Below, one piece after another: positions 24,370 to 26,965 of a DNA stretch of 26,965 nucleotides. The DNA comes from Candidatus Latescibacterota bacterium (GTDB lineage: Bacteria > Eisenbacteria > RBG-16-71-46 > SZUA-252). Each line of letters starts with the position of its first letter. Position 1 is the first letter of the stretch. The stretch lies in contig JACQPZ010000059.1 of assembly GCA_016207265.1 (NCBI GenBank), forward strand, positions 1 through 26,965, read 5' to 3'. The position numbers and the translations under genes are program-made. Under the pieces are notes generated by a model. The model was not told the origin of the DNA, made no database searches, and saw nothing but the letters and a program-made list of their open reading frames with translations.

Positions 24370-26540
24370 ACGCGAAGCCCCGCGAACCGCTCGCCCGGCG
24401 CGGACCGCTCGCCCGCCGCGGATCGCTCCTGCTCGGGCTCGCGTCGGTCGCCGTCATCTGCTATCAAGTCGGCCGGCTGCTCCGCGCGGAGCGCGTGATC
24501 ACGGGCGGGGAGCTTTCCCTCCCGCTGGACGACAGCTTCATCTATCTCCAGTACGCCCGCGCCATCGCCGAGGGCCATCCCTTCGTCTACTCGCCCGGGA
24601 ACGGGCCCACGACGGGCGCGACGAGCCTCCTCTGGCCCTTCCTCCTCGTTCCGCCGCATCTCTTCCACCTCGGACCGACGATGGCGATCGCGTGGTCGCT
24701 CGCGTTGGGGGTCGTGGCGTTCTGGGCGAGCGCGACGCTCATGGGGAAGCTCGGGCGGACCCTCGCGGGCCCCGCGGGCATGGTGCTCGCGGTCGCGCTC
24801 TTCCTCGGGAACCCCTACCTCCTCTGGGGCTACATGAGCGGGATGGAGATCCCCCTCTATGCGACGGCGCTTCTCATGGCGCTCCTCCTTTACCTGCGCG
24901 AGTGCAAGGAGGCGCGTTTCCCGAAGCTCCGCTGGTGTCTCTTCGTCCTCGCCGCCTCCCGGCCCGAGGGCGCCGCACTGAGCGGGATGTTCGGGCTCGC
25001 CATGATCGGAGCGCGGTGGCGCGCGTCCCGCTCCGCCAAGGGACCCCGCTTCTTGAGCGCTTCGCTCCTCCTGCCGTTCGCCGCGGCGGCGTTCCCGTTC
25101 CTCGTCAACCTCCTGGTCACGGGCTCGATCGAATCCACGGGCTCCCAGGCCAAATCGATCCTCTCCGAGCCGCATCCCGACGTGCGGCGTCGGTTCCTCG
25201 CCGAGTCCCCGGGCGTCTGGCTCACGATCGGAAAGGCGTACCTCGCGTGGTTTCAGCTCCTCCCGGACGGCGTGATGATGCCGCAGTTCGCGGTTCCAAG
25301 CGCCGTCGCGCTCCTCCTGTTCGCCGTATTCTCCTTCTGGCCGAAGCAGCGGCCGTGGGCGGACGGCCGCGTCGTGTTCCTCCTCGCCCCCGCCGCGTTC
25401 CTCGTCGGCTCCTTGCCGATCGCATGGTCCGTCCACTGCTACCGCTATCAGCAGGGGTTCTACCCGGTCGTGCTCGCCTGTTATGCGGCCGGTCTGGGGC
25501 GCGCCGCGCTCTACGCGTGGACGCGCATTCCGCGGAAGATCGGAGGGCCGCTGGCGGCGCTCGCGATCGCCCTGCCCCTCTGGGCGCTCCTCCCGAGCTT
25601 TGCGCGCGACATGAACCGGCTCATTCTCTTCTACGGCCACAACTGCGAGAACATCCTCAACCAGCAGGTGAAGGTGGGCCGGTGGATCGACCGCAATCTG
25701 CCGCGAGACGCGGTCGTGGGCATGAACGACGCCGGGGCGATCGCCTACTACGGAAACCGGTCCACGCTCGACATGATCGGGCTCACCTCGGAGGGATTTG
25801 CGCAGGTCTACCGGTCGGGAATCGGGTGCCTGTTCGAGCGGCTGCGGCGTCTTCCCCCCGAGCGCAAGCCGACCTATTTCGCGATCTACATCGAGTGGTT
25901 CCCGTATCTGAAGTCGAGCGGCATCCTCGGGCCGGAGGCCTTCCGGGCCCACCTCGGGTTCAACACGATCTGCGGCCAGGAGGACAAGGAGGTGTTTCCC
26001 GCGACCTGGATCGACGTGGCCCGGGCGGACTCTCCCGCACTTTCGCACCCCGAGGCGGCGGGGATGCGGATCCGCGACTCCTTGGATCACGCCTGGCTCG
26101 AGGATGAGAGCCGCCATGAATGGTCCGCGTTCGGATACGAGTTCAACGAGAAGAAGCGATCGTGGGAGACCCGCCCGACGCAGCTCCTGCGCGACGTGCT
26201 CCGCCAGTACGTCTACACGGACCGTCCCACGCGGCCGGTCGCGGACGGGGGAAGAATGGTGTTCGGCTGGGAGCGCTTCCGCGTGAGCGCGGAGCCCGGG
26301 AAGGACCTTCTCCTCGTGATGCGGACCGACGCCTGGTTTCCGAACCGGCTCACCGTGAGCGTGGACGGGGCCCGCGCGGGGATCTGGACCATCGCGCGGT
26401 CCGAGACGGCCTGGGTGGAGCCTTCGTTCCGCGTGCCGGGGCGGCTGGTCACGCGCCCTCGGCCCCGGATCGAGATCCGGCGGGACGATCCGAAGGACGG
26501 GAGCGACTACGCTCCCTTCCACTACTGGATCTACCAGTAG
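24366..26540 (+). CDS. GT-C-type (ArnT/PMT-like) membrane glycosyltransferase with extracytoplasmic C-terminal domain
   Basis: First-loop acidic motif LDDSFIY.QYAR, G..Y.PG...G.TS.LW, SGME, RPEG, RYQ, NDAGAIAYY...D..GL; GTGA overlap with the previous gene. Confidence 0.75.
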   Translation: MNAKPREPLARRGPLARRGSLLLGLASVAVICYQVGRLLRAERVITGGELSLPLDDSFIYLQYARAIAEGHPFVYSPGNGPTTGATSLLWPFLLVPPHLFHLGPTMAIAWSLALGVVAFWASATLMGKLGRTLAGPAGMVLAVALFLGNPYLLWGYMSGMEIPLYATALLMALLLYLRECKEARFPKLRWCLFVLAASRPEGAALSGMFGLAMIGARWRASRSAKGPRFLSASLLLPFAAAAFPFLVNLLVTGSIESTGSQAKSILSEPHPDVRRRFLAESPGVWLTIGKAYLAWFQLLPDGVMMPQFAVPSAVALLLFAVFSFWPKQRPWADGRVVFLLAPAAFLVGSLPIAWSVHCYRYQQGFYPVVLACYAAGLGRAALYAWTRIPRKIGGPLAALAIALPLWALLPSFARDMNRLILFYGHNCENILNQQVKVGRWIDRNLPRDAVVGMNDAGAIAYYGNRSTLDMIGLTSEGFAQVYRSGIGCLFERLRRLPPERKPTYFAIYIEWFPYLKSSGILGPEAFRAHLGFNTICGQEDKEVFPATWIDVARADSPALSHPEAAGMRIRDSLDHAWLEDESRHEWSAFGYEFNEKKRSWETRPTQLLRDVLRQYVYTDRPTRPVADGGRMVFGWERFRVSAEPGKDLLLVMRTDAWFPNRLTVSVDGARAGIWTIARSETAWVEPSFRVPGRLVTRPRPRIEIRRDDPKDGSDYAPFHYWIYQ

Positions 26541-26556
26541 CTACTGGTCGATCCAG
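26525..26556. repeat. 32-bp near-perfect palindrome centred on two abutting convergent stop codons
   Basis: CTGGATCTACCAGTAG|CTACTGGTCGATCCAG; 15 of 16 positions pair. Confidence 0.92.
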
Positions 26557-26965
26557 GAGGAGATTTCGTACCGGGTGAGCGCGTAGAGCTGGTTGATCAT
26601 CGCGCTCGAGTAGAGGAGCTTCACGTTGCCGTTCACGTTCGTCGTGCCGGTGAGCGTCCCCTGGACCATGATCCCGCCGACCACCTGCTTGGCGTTGCCG
26701 CCTCCCACGATGTCCAGGTCGCCGAGCACGATGATGACGCCGTTGTAGTTGAACGTCCCGCCCATCTTGAAGTCGCCGTCGATGATCAGGACCCCCGCGC
26801 CCGTGTTGTTCGAGGAGAGGTCCAGATCCCCTGCCACGTGCACGACCTTGAGATCCCCGATCGTGCCCCAGCCGGCGGTGCTCGGGTTGTTCTGGTCGCC
26901 GTTATACGTGATGTCCGCGAGCTGGCCCCAGGACGCCGCGATGGCGGGAAGGTCCAGGTTCACGG
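26541..26965 (-). CDS. C-terminal part of a PilX-like / pilus-associated protein; gene starts beyond the window
   Basis: Gly-rich beta-solenoid-like repeats (G.G.LIIDGD, G.F.YNGVIIV.G, V.GGIMV.G, G.V.L.YS) and a C-terminal SW motif typical of PilX-N-terminal-domain proteins. Confidence 0.55.
   Translation of the reverse strand, partial: VNLDLPAIAASWGQLADITYNGDQNNPSTAGWGTIGDLKVVHVAGDLDLSSNNTGAGVLIIDGDFKMGGTFNYNGVIIVLGDLDIVGGGNAKQVVGGIMVQGTLTGTTNVNGNVKLLYSSAMINQLYALTRYEISSWIDQ

Overview
GC-rich chromosomal backbone of a diderm bacterium (lipid A acyltransferase, PilQ secretin). The gene styles are reminiscent of FCB-related or candidate-phylum lineages, which is inference only. No mobile element or CRISPR array is seen, and most genes are on the minus strand. 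Blocks in order: (1) tRNA-Phe, tRNA-Thr, glmM, glmS, ridA, selD (a selenoprotein with in-frame UGA and SECIS hairpin, split in the ORF track), tRNA-Sec, a small membrane protein, a DUF5683-like gene and lepA (5' part only). (2) A GAF-GAF histidine-kinase-like protein with the phosphoacceptor His and ATP-binding motifs substituted, divergent from a DUF3467-like gene. (3) icd, obg, HEAT repeat, dprA, lpxL. (4) aroK, rsmD, coaD, aspartate aminotransferase, FmdB-type zinc ribbon. (5) pilMNOPQ behind a near-consensus sigma54 promoter, divergent from two GT-C-type membrane glycosyltransferases, which abut a PilX-like gene through a 32-bp palindrome. The most unusual signals are a repeat-built chain of Met-Ile-Pro mini-ORFs leading into the lepA start, the pseudo-histidine kinase, and a possible pilus-associated glycosylation module.
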